Below, in pieces: positions 28,374-38,596 of a stretch of DNA of 64,000 nt (its first letter is position 1; each line of letters opens with the position of its first letter). A program made the position numbers and the translations under genes. Source of the DNA: Cenarchaeum sp. (GTDB lineage: Archaea; Thermoproteota; Nitrososphaeria; Nitrososphaerales; Nitrosopumilaceae). Location of the stretch: assembly GCA_963693095.2 (NCBI GenBank), contig OY843768.1:416001-480000 (forward strand). The letters are read 5' to 3'. Below the pieces are notes generated by a model. The model did not search any database and was not told the DNA's origin. It worked only from the letters and a program-made list of their open reading frames with translations.

Positions 28374-30899
28374 GTGGCCACAGTGCGCAGATGCCCATTG
28401 GGACCCTCACCGCTCCACTATGACCTGCGCTTTGAGCCTGACTTGCGCGCACGCCGGTTCTCGGGGCGCGCCCTGATAGACGTCAGCGTGCGAACGCCGA
28501 CGTCGAGGATATCAATGAACGCCGCCGAGCTCGACGTGAGGCGATGCCGCGTGATGCGCGCAGACGCCGAGATCCCGTCGAGCCACTCCCTTGATGCGGC
28601 ATCTGAGGAGCTCACGATCAGGACGTCATCGCGCGTCTCGGGCAGCGTGCGCATAGAGGTTGACTTTGAGGGGACGCTCAATGACAGGCTGCTCGGGTTT
28701 TACTCTAGCACGCACATGGTAGGCAAACGCAAGGCGCGCATGGCGACAACGCAGTTTGAGGCAGCCGATGCAAGGCGCGCCTTTCCGTGCTGGGACGAGC
28801 CGGCGGCCAAGGCGACATTTGACGTGACGATCGTCGCGCCGCGCGGCATGACGGCCATATCGAACATGCCTGAAGCCTCGCGCAGGACAGTGCGCGGCAA
28901 GGTCGAGCACGTCTTTGGGCGCACGCCGCCAATGTCGACGTACCTCCTCTACCTGGGCGTCGGCGAGCTCGAGTCCATATCTGCGAGCGTGCAGGGAATA
29001 AAGATAAGCGTCTATGCGACGCGCGGAAACGCAAAACGCGGAAGGTTTGCGCTAAATCTCGCAAAGCGCCTCCTAGTCGAGTATGGGCGATACTTTGGCA
29101 CAAAGTACCCGCTCCCAAAGCTTGACCTCATCGCAGTGCCGGACTTTGCGGCAGGTGCCATGGAGAACTGGGGCGCAATAACGTTCCGAGAGGCGCTCCT
29201 CCTCCATGACGAGAGGACATCCTCGACGCGCACTGCGCAGCTAATCGCCGAGGTCGTCTCGCACGAGATCGCGCACCAGTGGTTTGGCAACCTCGTCACG
29301 ATGAAGTGGTGGAACGACCTGTGGCTCAACGAGTCCTTTGCGACATTCATGGCCACAAAGTTCGTCGACATGATACGGCCAGAGTGGGCAATGTGGGACC
29401 AGTTCGCCGAGGACACCGTCTCCAACGCGCTTCGCCTCGACTCGCTAAAGTCAACGCACGCAATAGACGTGCGCGTCCGGAGCCCTGCCGAGATCCGCGA
29501 GATATTTGACGCGATATCGTATGACAAGGGCGGCTCGATACTCCAGATGGTCGAGCGCATCGTCGGCGAGCCGGCGTTCCGGCGCGGACTGCGCGCGTAC
29601 CTGCGCAAGTTCGCCTATGCCAACGCCGAGGGGGCCGACCTGTGGCGCGAGATAGGGCGCGCCGCCGGCCAGAACCTCGAGCCGCTAGTCAGGTCGTGGA
29701 TCGGCCAGCCGGGATACCCGCTCCTCACAGTCTCGCGCAGCCGCCGCGGCGCGCGCGTCTCCCAGGAGAGGTTTCTCCTTGCGCCCTCGCGCACCCGCAG
29801 CGCACAGTCCTGGCGCGTGCCCGTCTCGATAAGGGGCCGGCGCGGCCCGCCGCAGGTCCTCACCGGCCGCTCGGCGGCACTGCGCGGCCTCGGCGAGGCC
29901 GACGTCGTAAACCCGTCGCGCACGGCCTTTGCGCGCGTGAGGTACGGGAAGGCCGACCTTGATGCGCTTCGCCGGACCGCCCTTGGGGGCAGCATGGAGG
30001 GCGATGACGCGTGGATGGTCCAGGGGGACCTTCTTGCGCTGTGCCGCGCCGGAATGGCCGACGTGGGCGACTATATCGAGTTCGCCGATGCGTGCTCGGG
30101 ATACACAGGACACCTCGTGTCTGCCGGCATTGCGCGCAGCCTGCGATTCCTGCACCGCATCTCCATTGGCGCGACATTTGAGTGGCGCCTGCGCGAGCGC
30201 TCACTGGAGCACCACTCGAGAATGCACGCCCGCCTCGGCTGGAAGCCGGCGCGCAGCGAGGGCCATGTCGACTCGATGCTGCGCGCCGAGGTCATTGGCG
30301 CACTGGGCGTCTCGCTGCGGGCAGGAAAGATAGTCAGGGAGGCGCAGGACGCCTTTGCGCGCCTTGCGTCAGGCCGTGGCCGCATTGACGCAAACCTGCG
30401 CGAGCCGGTCTGCTCGATCGCAGTGTCCGCCGGCGGCACGCGCGCTTACTCCAGGGTTCGCTCAATGTACGACTCGGCCGGCACGCAGGAGGAAAAGGTC
30501 AGGCTCCTCTCGGCAATGTGCGCAACTCCGGACGTGGCGCTCCTTCGCAGGACGCTGGATCTCTCGCAGACCCCGCTCGTGCGCTCACAAAACATGCACG
30601 TTCCAGTCATGCGCATAGCGGCAAATCCGGCCGGCGCCCCGCTCGTCTGGCCATGGATGAAAAAGAACTGGGCGCGCATATCGAGGAGGGCAGGACAGGG
30701 CAACCCGCTGCTGGCCAGGATGATCTCGGCTGTTGCGATAGCCTCACCTGATGCGGGGGTGGCCTCTGAGCTCGAGGCCTTTTTTGCGAGGCACAAGTCG
30801 CCTGGAACCGAGCGCACGGTGATGCAGGCTGCTGAGACCATGCGCATAAACGCGCGCCTGCGCGAGCGGATGGGGCAAGACCTTGGAGCGCTTGACTAG
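28374..30899 (+). CDS. M1 family aminopeptidase
   Basis: GAMENWG, HEIAHQWFGNLVT...WLNESFA, YDKG; ERAP1-like C-terminal domain. Confidence 0.96.
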   Translation: MATVRRCPLGPSPLHYDLRFEPDLRARRFSGRALIDVSVRTPTSRISMNAAELDVRRCRVMRADAEIPSSHSLDAASEELTIRTSSRVSGSVRIEVDFEGTLNDRLLGFYSSTHMVGKRKARMATTQFEAADARRAFPCWDEPAAKATFDVTIVAPRGMTAISNMPEASRRTVRGKVEHVFGRTPPMSTYLLYLGVGELESISASVQGIKISVYATRGNAKRGRFALNLAKRLLVEYGRYFGTKYPLPKLDLIAVPDFAAGAMENWGAITFREALLLHDERTSSTRTAQLIAEVVSHEIAHQWFGNLVTMKWWNDLWLNESFATFMATKFVDMIRPEWAMWDQFAEDTVSNALRLDSLKSTHAIDVRVRSPAEIREIFDAISYDKGGSILQMVERIVGEPAFRRGLRAYLRKFAYANAEGADLWREIGRAAGQNLEPLVRSWIGQPGYPLLTVSRSRRGARVSQERFLLAPSRTRSAQSWRVPVSIRGRRGPPQVLTGRSAALRGLGEADVVNPSRTAFARVRYGKADLDALRRTALGGSMEGDDAWMVQGDLLALCRAGMADVGDYIEFADACSGYTGHLVSAGIARSLRFLHRISIGATFEWRLRERSLEHHSRMHARLGWKPARSEGHVDSMLRAEVIGALGVSLRAGKIVREAQDAFARLASGRGRIDANLREPVCSIAVSAGGTRAYSRVRSMYDSAGTQEEKVRLLSAMCATPDVALLRRTLDLSQTPLVRSQNMHVPVMRIAANPAGAPLVWPWMKKNWARISRRAGQGNPLLARMISAVAIASPDAGVASELEAFFARHKSPGTERTVMQAAETMRINARLRERMGQDLGALD

Positions 30900-31287
30900 C
30901 GTTGCGGCAGTCGCAGCCGCAGTGGCAGTGGCCGTTGCGGCATACGCGCTGCTGTCTGGCTCACCAGACCACTCCTCGACGATATATGCGGATGCGACCT
31001 GGTATCCGGACGAGGGCAATGTCGTCATCACGTATGACGACTCTGCGCGCGCGACGTCGAGCGTGACACTCGAGGTTCTCGGGCTTGCGAGCACGTTTCA
31101 AAAGGTGCATGCGTCCTCGTCCTTTGTCGAGCGTGTCTCCTTTGATGGCGTGCCGGCCAACGGGTGGCGCGCGCACCCCGTGACGTTTGCCGTCTCGCAC
31201 GGCGAGCTAGGCGAGATCGGAATAAAGGTGGAGGTGCACGGCCATGACGAGCCGCCCTCGCGCGTCGTGTACAGTGCTGCGCGGTAG
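30883..31287 (+). CDS. Hypothetical membrane-anchored protein
   Basis: N-terminal hydrophobic helix; overlaps the aminopeptidase stop. Confidence 0.65.
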   Translation: MERLTSVAAVAAAVAVAVAAYALLSGSPDHSSTIYADATWYPDEGNVVITYDDSARATSSVTLEVLGLASTFQKVHASSSFVERVSFDGVPANGWRAHPVTFAVSHGELGEIGIKVEVHGHDEPPSRVVYSAAR

Positions 31288-31656
31288 GGGTAGACTTTTG
31301 GGGATGGGCACTGCAGGAGACTGCTCTGCCATGGGTACATGGGCAGACGCGTCTAGCACACTGGGGCAATCCTGTTATGCGTAGCCACATATTGGTGAAC
31401 TGGTCAGTCAGACACCGAGCCCTGCCTGGGATCTACCTTCGGCAGCAACAATGCACCAGGCGCCTTGATGTTCGCTCCATGCTGTGCCATGAAGTTTCTC
31501 GCCCGGCACTTCGATCTTGCTTCTGTCTAGATGTGCTCATCATTACAAATGCGCATGTCTGCCATTTTGAGCCGTAAAAGCACACTGGGCCATATATTCT
31601 ATCCGTGACTGTCTTCGCTAAAGGCTAATAAATGCCTGCCCGGGCAGGCATGGTGT

Positions 31657-32061
31657 ATGGGCAGCGCGACGTATGACGCAAAGGCGACCTTCGTCAAAAA
31701 CATGCAGGACATCATGAAGTATCTTGAGGAGGGTCAGTATGTTCCGTGCTTTCACCTCTCTGCTGATCTGACGCGTTTTTCGTGTTTATTAGGACAAAAG
31801 AACTGGGTTTTTACGTGTGAGGTGTTAGAATCGGTATACAACAACATGACTTATATGTCTAACCACCTTGTGCTCCCAAAAGATGACGAGGCGGCGATCC
31901 GTACCAAGCTTCATCAGAGCATGAACAAGTTGCTGCCTGCGATTGAAAATGACGATGAGGCTGGAGTGTGGCAATCACTCCAACAGATCAGATTTGATGC
32001 GACGGTCTTTCAGATGCGTGGGCTTGCTGCATATCCTCCAAAAAGAGGTGCGTCCAAATGA
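31657..32061 (+). CDS. Hypothetical protein (AT-richer islet 1)
   Basis: 134-aa helical ORF, upstream TAATAAAT box, codon usage unlike the flanks. Confidence 0.7.
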   Translation: MGSATYDAKATFVKNMQDIMKYLEEGQYVPCFHLSADLTRFSCLLGQKNWVFTCEVLESVYNNMTYMSNHLVLPKDDEAAIRTKLHQSMNKLLPAIENDDEAGVWQSLQQIRFDATVFQMRGLAAYPPKRGASK

Positions 32062-32504
32062 CTACTAGTGAGTTAATTGCAGAACGTTATGATCGAATGG
32101 CTCAATCGTGGGCACTTAGAAACTCTGCGACTTCAACAAACCCAAAATCTGTCCCAGGCTTGGAATACGCAAACGAGGTTATGCAGCACAAATATGCCCT
32201 ATATACAAAAACAAGATATGTTTCTGAGGTTGATGAGCATGAACGTGCTGACAAATGTCCTACATGTGCCGAACATGATTCCAACGTGCAAAATGTTGAT
32301 GCTGAACGTCCACCAGCGAGGATCAGCGAAACGCAACATCTGTGGATATTTGGAGCCATGTCGGTCTTTGGGTGTTTCGCCATGGTTTACACTGGGCCAT
32401 TTCCGCTCAATGTCATATTTGGAGCTGCTGCCTTGGTGCCCTTTTCGCACGCGTTAGTCAAAAAATTACGACGCAGGCGCAAGATGGGGCGAGATGCGCT
32501 ATAA
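32058..32504 (+). CDS. Hypothetical protein with CxxC and C-terminal TM hairpin (islet 1)
   Basis: ATGA overlap with the previous gene; KCPTCAEH; two hydrophobic segments and a basic tail. Confidence 0.65.
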   Translation: MTTSELIAERYDRMAQSWALRNSATSTNPKSVPGLEYANEVMQHKYALYTKTRYVSEVDEHERADKCPTCAEHDSNVQNVDAERPPARISETQHLWIFGAMSVFGCFAMVYTGPFPLNVIFGAAALVPFSHALVKKLRRRRKMGRDAL

Positions 32505-32785
32505 TGTCGTGGTTTGCGCCTCCCATTTCCTATATTTTATGCATCACTATCACACTTGTGTTGCTTGCAGTGTCTGTCTCGTATATGTTTGACTGGCAGT
32601 CAGCCACACTGTCATACAATATTCATACTCCCATTGGGATGCTTGAGGCCGACATACGCGATATCACGCCCAGAGATGTGCTCATAGGAGATGTGGTCGT
32701 AGCCCCGTGGATTATGTCCTGTATCTTTTTCATCATCATGCTGTTTGTTGGCAACTGGTGCCGCACATGGCGCTCAATGGCCTGA
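32504..32785 (+). CDS. Hypothetical two-TM protein (islet 1)
   Basis: TAATG stop/start overlap; MSWFAPPISYILCITITLVLLAV...WIMSCIFFIIMLFV. Confidence 0.6.
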   Translation: MSWFAPPISYILCITITLVLLAVSVSYMFDWQSATLSYNIHTPIGMLEADIRDITPRDVLIGDVVVAPWIMSCIFFIIMLFVGNWCRTWRSMA

Positions 32786-32881
32786 GGCAGCACGCGCCAT
32801 TGCCCCTGCCCCGCCATGGCTGTGCCCATTGCAGGGACGCATAGCTACGCTTTTTATCGCCATGCGTCTGCGCCTCGACCG

Positions 32882-33805
32882 TTGATAGAGCTAGCCGACA
32901 TCAGGAGGCGCCGCCGGGGTGCCGTCGCGCGCGCCCTCACGCTAGTCGAGAACGAGCCGCGCCGTGCGCGCCCGATGCTCAAGCGCATGTTCCCCCACTG
33001 TGGCGAGTCAACCATAGTCGGCGTGACCGGACCGGCCGGCGCCGGCAAGAGCACGCTCATCGGCCACACGACAGCACGCCTCGCCTCACTCGGAATGCGG
33101 CCGGCAGTCCTTGCAATAGACCCCACGAGCCACGTCACGGGCGGGGCGATAATGGGCGACAGGGCACGCATGGCCGACCTCGACGGCTCAAAGGTCTATG
33201 TCCGCAGCATGGCCTCGCGCGGCTCGCGCGGCGCGCTCTCGGCCTCGGTGCGCGACTGTATCCGCGTTCTAGAGTACGCGCGATACGACCCCATCATAGT
33301 CGAGAGCGTCGGCGCAGGCCAGACCGAAGTCGACATTGCGGACATATCGGACATCACCATAGTCGTCTTTAGCCCGCAGACGGGGGACAGCATCCAGGCG
33401 ATAAAGGCCGGACTGACCGAGATTGGCGACATTTACGTCATCAACAAGGCCGACCTTGACGGCGCCTCGCAGCTTCTCGAGTCAGTCAGGGAGTTCGTCG
33501 GGGGTCGCACGGACGGCAGCGAGCGCGCGGTCCTAAAGGTCTCCTCACGTAGACCATCTACCACTGCGGACCTCGCGCGGCGGATTCGTGAGCTCGCGCG
33601 CACGCGCCGGCGCGGGCGCAAGGCGCGCTATGCGGCGCGCCTCGAGTCCGAGATGCGGGACATCGTTTTAAATAGCGTCAGCGAGCGCGCCGAATCTGCA
33701 ATGTCAGCAGACAATGCAAAGTACGCGCGATGCGTCAGCGCACTTCGTGCCGGCCGCATCGACCCGCACGCCGCAGCGCAGAGGATACTGGGGGCGCTCC
33801 CCTAG
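32882..33805 (+). CDS. meaB: Methylmalonyl-CoA mutase-associated GTPase
   Basis: GVTGPAGAGKST, IDPTS, GDRARM, ESVGAGQTE, NKAD; start TTG 32882. Confidence 0.95.
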   Translation: MIELADIRRRRRGAVARALTLVENEPRRARPMLKRMFPHCGESTIVGVTGPAGAGKSTLIGHTTARLASLGMRPAVLAIDPTSHVTGGAIMGDRARMADLDGSKVYVRSMASRGSRGALSASVRDCIRVLEYARYDPIIVESVGAGQTEVDIADISDITIVVFSPQTGDSIQAIKAGLTEIGDIYVINKADLDGASQLLESVREFVGGRTDGSERAVLKVSSRRPSTTADLARRIRELARTRRRGRKARYAARLESEMRDIVLNSVSERAESAMSADNAKYARCVSALRAGRIDPHAAAQRILGALP

Positions 33806-35530
33806 ATGGCCTCAGGCGCATCCCCGCGCAGGGCAGCAGGCAAAAAGGCAGCAGGCAAAAAGGCAGCAGGCAAAAAGGCAGCAGGCAAAAAGGCAGCAGG
33901 CAAAAAGGCAGCAGGCAAAAAGGCGCCGCCAAAAAAGGCCGCCGCGAAAAAGATCGTGACTGACTCGGGCATACCGGTCCGTCCGCTCTACACGTCAGGC
34001 CCGCGCCGCACGGGCCGTGACGCTCCGGGCAAGTACCCCTATACGCGCGGAATACACCCCGGCATGTACTCCCAGAGGCTCTGGACGATGCGCCAATACT
34101 CGGGGTTTGGCGATGCCGCGCAGACCAATGCCAGGTTTCGCTATATGCTTGATAACGGCCAGACCGGCCTGAGCATGGCCTTTGACCTTCCCACGCAGAT
34201 GGGCCACGATCCAGACTCGGAGAGCGCCGAGGGCGAGGTCGGCAAGGTCGGAGTCTCGATAGCCTCCATTGATGACATGATGCGCGCATTTGAAAAGATC
34301 CCGCTTGGCAGGGTCAGCACGTCGATGACGATAAACGCGACGGCCTCGACGCTCCTTGCGTACTATGTGGCGCTTGGCGAGTCGCAGGGAGTAACCGGTG
34401 CCGAGCTGCGCGGAACGACGCAGAACGACATACTAAAGGAGTACATTGCGCGCAACACGTACATCTATCCGCCAACACCGTCGATGAGGCTAGTCGGCGA
34501 CATGATCGAGTACTGCGCAAAGAGCGTCCCGCGGTGGTATCCAGTGTCGATCTCGGGGTATCACATGCGCGAGGCCGGTTCCACGGCGATCCAAGAGGTC
34601 GCCTTTACCATTGCCAATGCGATCGCATACATTGAGGCATGCATTGGGCGCGGCCTAAAGATCGACGACTTTGCCCCGCGCCTGTCATTCTTTTTCTGCT
34701 GCACGATGGAGTTCTTTGAGGAGATTGCCAAGTTCCGCGTCGCGCGCAAGGTCTATGCCAAGATACTAAAGGAGAGGTTTGGGGCAAAAAACCCGCGCTC
34801 ACTCCAGCTGCGCTTTCACACGCAGACTAGCGGCGAGTCACTCACCGCACAGCAGCCTGACAACAACATTGCGCGCGTCGCCATACAGACGATGGCCGCA
34901 GTCCTTGGGGGAACGCAGTCACTCCACACAAACTCGCGCGATGAGGCCCTTGCCCTCCCGACTAAAGAGTCAGCAAAGATTGCGCTTCGCACGCAGCAGA
35001 TAGTCGCGCACGAGAGCGGCGTGACCAAGACGGTGGATCCGATGGCCGGCTCGCACTATCTAGAGTCGCTCTGCGACGAGATGGAGGATGCCGTCTGGAA
35101 GTACCTCGGCAAGATCGAAAAGATGGGGGGCTCGATTAGGGCAATAGAGCGCGGGTTCTTCCAGTCGGAGATACGCCAGAACGCCTACAGGCTAAAGGGC
35201 GAGATCGACGCCGAGGGCGATGGCGCGCGCGTCATCGTCGGCATGAACCGCTTTGCTGACACGGAGGCGGCCCCTGCGCGCCCCGAGCTCCTGAGGGTTG
35301 ACGAGTCCGTTGGCCGCGCGCAGTCGCGCGCGATAGCGGCGCTTCGCAAGAGGCGCGACTCCTCGCGTGCGGCCGCGTCGCTCTCTGCGCTCCAGCGTGC
35401 CGCCGAGGACGACTCGGTCAACATGATGCCGGCGATCCTCGAGGCAGTCAGGGCACACTCGACGACTGGCGAGATAAGCGGCGCGCTGCGCGAGGTCTTT
35501 GGCGAATACTCGCCATCGGGGGTGTTCTAG
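33806..35530 (+). CDS. Methylmalonyl-CoA mutase, substrate-binding subunit
   Basis: YPYTRG, WTMRQYSGFG, GLSMAFDLPTQ, QNDILKEY, ISGYHMREAG, GGTQSLHTNS. Confidence 0.97.
   Translation: MASGASPRRAAGKKAAGKKAAGKKAAGKKAAGKKAAGKKAPPKKAAAKKIVTDSGIPVRPLYTSGPRRTGRDAPGKYPYTRGIHPGMYSQRLWTMRQYSGFGDAAQTNARFRYMLDNGQTGLSMAFDLPTQMGHDPDSESAEGEVGKVGVSIASIDDMMRAFEKIPLGRVSTSMTINATASTLLAYYVALGESQGVTGAELRGTTQNDILKEYIARNTYIYPPTPSMRLVGDMIEYCAKSVPRWYPVSISGYHMREAGSTAIQEVAFTIANAIAYIEACIGRGLKIDDFAPRLSFFFCCTMEFFEEIAKFRVARKVYAKILKERFGAKNPRSLQLRFHTQTSGESLTAQQPDNNIARVAIQTMAAVLGGTQSLHTNSRDEALALPTKESAKIALRTQQIVAHESGVTKTVDPMAGSHYLESLCDEMEDAVWKYLGKIEKMGGSIRAIERGFFQSEIRQNAYRLKGEIDAEGDGARVIVGMNRFADTEAAPARPELLRVDESVGRAQSRAIAALRKRRDSSRAAASLSALQRAAEDDSVNMMPAILEAVRAHSTTGEISGALREVFGEYSPSGVF
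33833..33952 (+). repeat. 15-bp coding minisatellite: GCAGCAGGCAAAAAG x6 plus 2 degenerate units
   Basis: Directly visible; encodes (AAGKK)6-APPKK-AAAKK. Confidence 0.97.
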
Positions 35531-35532
35531 GC

Positions 35533-35931
35533 ATGGCCCTGGATATCGACCATGTCGCAATAGCGGTGAGTGACATAGATGCGGCCTCTGAGCGCTATTC
35601 TAGGGCGCTAGGCGCCGAGGTGATCCGCGAGACCGTAGAGTCCGAGGGCGTCGAGGTGGCGATCATGCGACTCGGAAACGCGCGAGTCGAGCTCATATCG
35701 CCGCTTGACAAGGACAGCCCAATTGCGGCGTTTATCAAAAAGCGCGGGGAGGGCATACACCATATCGCGCTGCGGACCGGCGACATTGACTCTGAGGTCG
35801 CGCGAATGGAGTCATGCGGCCTGCGGTTCCTCGGAGATGTCCGTGATGGCTCAGAAGGCACGCGCATCACGTTCATACACCCAAAGTCCCTCAACGGCGT
35901 GCTCACGGAGCTCTGCTCGGGCGGTGCATGA
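35533..35931 (+). CDS. mce: Methylmalonyl-CoA epimerase
   Basis: IDHVAIAV, GEGIHHIAL, FIHPKSLNGVLTEL; operon position. Confidence 0.95.
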   Translation: MALDIDHVAIAVSDIDAASERYSRALGAEVIRETVESEGVEVAIMRLGNARVELISPLDKDSPIAAFIKKRGEGIHHIALRTGDIDSEVARMESCGLRFLGDVRDGSEGTRITFIHPKSLNGVLTELCSGGA

Positions 35932-35958
35932 GCGCGTGCCTGGCACACGTGGGGGAAC

Positions 35959-38562
35959 GTGAGGCGCGTGGGCGACATCCCCACGTCAATGCTAATCTCG
36001 GCTGTCTATGACGGTCCTAAAAAGCGCGTGATGCTAAAGTTTTACAATGGCAAGACCCACACGCTAGAGACGTACCATGACGAGTCAGGGCACCTGCCAT
36101 ACTGCTATTCGCGCCTGACGCCATCAGAACTCTCTGATATACATGACCGTGATGACGTTAAGGACATTGTTGTTCACCAGAGGCATGACAACATTACCGA
36201 CACCGACGTCAAAGTCTCAAAGATTATAGTCATGGATCCCCTGGCCATAGGCGGAACACAGTCAGACAAGAGCATACGCAACACAAAGGAGACGTGGGAG
36301 TCAGACATAAAGTACTATGAGAACTATGTCTATGACAACGGGCTCGTGATGGGCATGTACTATTCGGTCAGCGGGGACAAGATTGCCCCACAGGCATTGC
36401 CCATCCCCGACACGGTCCATGCGGCGCTAAAGTCCATGCTCCTTGACCGTGACACGGGAAAGGGAATGGTCGATCCCGTCGAGTACCAGGGGTACGTCAC
36501 GGAATGGGCAGAGACGCTAAACCAGCCAATTCCGCGCATCCGCCGTCTCAGCTTTGACATAGAGGTTGACTCGGAGAAGAATCGCATACCTGACCCGCAA
36601 CTCGCCGAGCGCCGCGTGACTGCAATCGGGTTTGAGGCGGGGGAGGACTCGCATGAGGTCTTTGTGCTCGGCAAGAGGGGCGCAACTAGCGCGTCGACTC
36701 CGGCAAAGGTGACCTATTATGAGGACGAGAAGAAGATGATTGCCGACGCGTTTGCAAAGATAGCGCAATATCCGGTGGTTCTCACGTACAATGGTGATGA
36801 CTTTGACATGCCATACATGTACAACAGGGCGAGCCGGCTCGGCATACCCGCCGGCGAGAACCCGCTCTACATGATGCGCGATGCGGCAACGCTAAAGCGC
36901 GGAGTGCATGTTGACCTCTATCGGACATTCTCCAACAGGGCATTTCAGGTCTATGCGTTCTCCAACAAGTACTCTAGCTATTCGCTCAACAGCGTCTCCC
37001 TTGCGCTCCTCGGCGAGGAAAAGCTCGACCATGGCGTGCCGCTCGGCGAGCTCACAGCCGAGCAGCTTGCCGCCTATTGCTATAATGATGCGCTCTTGAC
37101 GTACAAGCTGACTAGCTTTGGCGGGGATCTCTTGATGAACCTCCTCGTCGTGATATCGCGAATAGCAAAGATGCCCATAGATGACATTGCGCGCCTCGGC
37201 GTCTCTCAGTGGATACGCAGCCTACTGTACTATGAGCACCGCAAGCGCAACATCCTGATACCGCGGCGCTCGGAGCTAGAGGCAAAGTCAGTCGGCGCGA
37301 CGACAGAGGCGGCAATAAAGGACAAAAAGTACCGTGGAGGCCTAGTCGTGGATCCAAAGCAGGGCATCCACTTTGATGTCACGGTGATGGACTTTGCGAG
37401 CCTGTATCCGAGCATCATAAAGGTCCAAAACCTCTCATACGAGACGGTTCGCTGCCCTCATGCAGAGTGCAAAAAGAATACGGTTCCAGACACGTCACAC
37501 TGGGTTTGCAAAAAGCGCAACGGGATGACTTCGCTCCTCATAGGGTCACTGCGCGACCTGCGTGTCAACTATTACAAGAGCCTAGCGCGCGACGAGTCAC
37601 TTGACGAGATGGCCCGCCAGCAGTACTCTGTTGTAAGCCAGGCCCTCAAGATAATACTCAACGCAAGCTATGGCGTCATGGGAGCAGAAATGTTTCCGCT
37701 CTACTTTTTGCCTGCTGCTGAGGCTACAACTGCAATAGGGCGCCACATAATCATGGACACGATATCAAAGTGCAACGCGTCTGGCATTGACGTACTCTAT
37801 GGTGACACTGACTCGATATTCATAAAAAAGCCAACGCCAGAGCAGGTTCGCAGGGTCATCGAGGGCGCAAAGTCCGACCACGGCGTAGAGCTCGAGATCG
37901 ACAAAGAGTACCGCTATGTTGTCCTGAGCGACAGGAAAAAGAACTATCTTGGCGTCACAAAGTCCGGCAAGGTCGACATCAAGGGCCTCACGGGCAAAAA
38001 GTCGCACACGCCGCCCTTTATACGCACGCTCTTTTACGAGATAACTGACATCCTCTCTGATGTGTCCAACGAGGATGACTTTGAGCGCATAAAGGTGAGA
38101 ATAACAGACAAGATGCGCAAATGCGCCGACAGCCTAAAGGCGCGCGAGATACCGATCGCCGATCTCGCGTTCAACGTCATGCTGAGCAAGTCGCCCTCCG
38201 AGTACACAAAGGCCATACCACAGCACATAAAGGCAGCAGTGCAGCTAGAGCGGGCACCAAGCTCGGCGGGCAACATGTCCTCGTTCATCTCCAAGCCTTC
38301 AGGCGGGCAGCATGTGCCCACGCGCAAGATCAAAAAGGGCGACATTATATCATATGTCAAGACCATCACAAAGCCAGGCGTAAAGCCAGTCGAGCTAGCA
38401 ACGCCTGAGGAGGTTGACTCGGGCAAGTACATGGAGTTCATGGAGTCCACGCTTGACCAGATAACGTCGGTTCTCGGAATGGACTTTGAGGGCATTATGG
38501 GCAACAAGAAACAGTCAGATATACTCGACTTTTTCGGCAAGCCACAGCCTACACTCAAATAG
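35959..38562 (+). CDS. polB: Family B DNA polymerase
   Basis: FDIEV exonuclease I motif, YNGDDFD, DFASLYPSII, KIILNASYG, YGDTDS; C-terminal PIP box QSDILDFF. Confidence 0.98.
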   Translation: MRRVGDIPTSMLISAVYDGPKKRVMLKFYNGKTHTLETYHDESGHLPYCYSRLTPSELSDIHDRDDVKDIVVHQRHDNITDTDVKVSKIIVMDPLAIGGTQSDKSIRNTKETWESDIKYYENYVYDNGLVMGMYYSVSGDKIAPQALPIPDTVHAALKSMLLDRDTGKGMVDPVEYQGYVTEWAETLNQPIPRIRRLSFDIEVDSEKNRIPDPQLAERRVTAIGFEAGEDSHEVFVLGKRGATSASTPAKVTYYEDEKKMIADAFAKIAQYPVVLTYNGDDFDMPYMYNRASRLGIPAGENPLYMMRDAATLKRGVHVDLYRTFSNRAFQVYAFSNKYSSYSLNSVSLALLGEEKLDHGVPLGELTAEQLAAYCYNDALLTYKLTSFGGDLLMNLLVVISRIAKMPIDDIARLGVSQWIRSLLYYEHRKRNILIPRRSELEAKSVGATTEAAIKDKKYRGGLVVDPKQGIHFDVTVMDFASLYPSIIKVQNLSYETVRCPHAECKKNTVPDTSHWVCKKRNGMTSLLIGSLRDLRVNYYKSLARDESLDEMARQQYSVVSQALKIILNASYGVMGAEMFPLYFLPAAEATTAIGRHIIMDTISKCNASGIDVLYGDTDSIFIKKPTPEQVRRVIEGAKSDHGVELEIDKEYRYVVLSDRKKNYLGVTKSGKVDIKGLTGKKSHTPPFIRTLFYEITDILSDVSNEDDFERIKVRITDKMRKCADSLKAREIPIADLAFNVMLSKSPSEYTKAIPQHIKAAVQLERAPSSAGNMSSFISKPSGGQHVPTRKIKKGDIISYVKTITKPGVKPVELATPEEVDSGKYMEFMESTLDQITSVLGMDFEGIMGNKKQSDILDFFGKPQPTLK

Positions 38563-38596
38563 CGACGCCTGCGCGCCTGTCCGCACAGGAAGGCAC

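Noticed and set aside
33833-33952. Phase-variation frameshift tract or CRISPR
   Set aside because: The 15-bp unit is a multiple of three and has no spacers.
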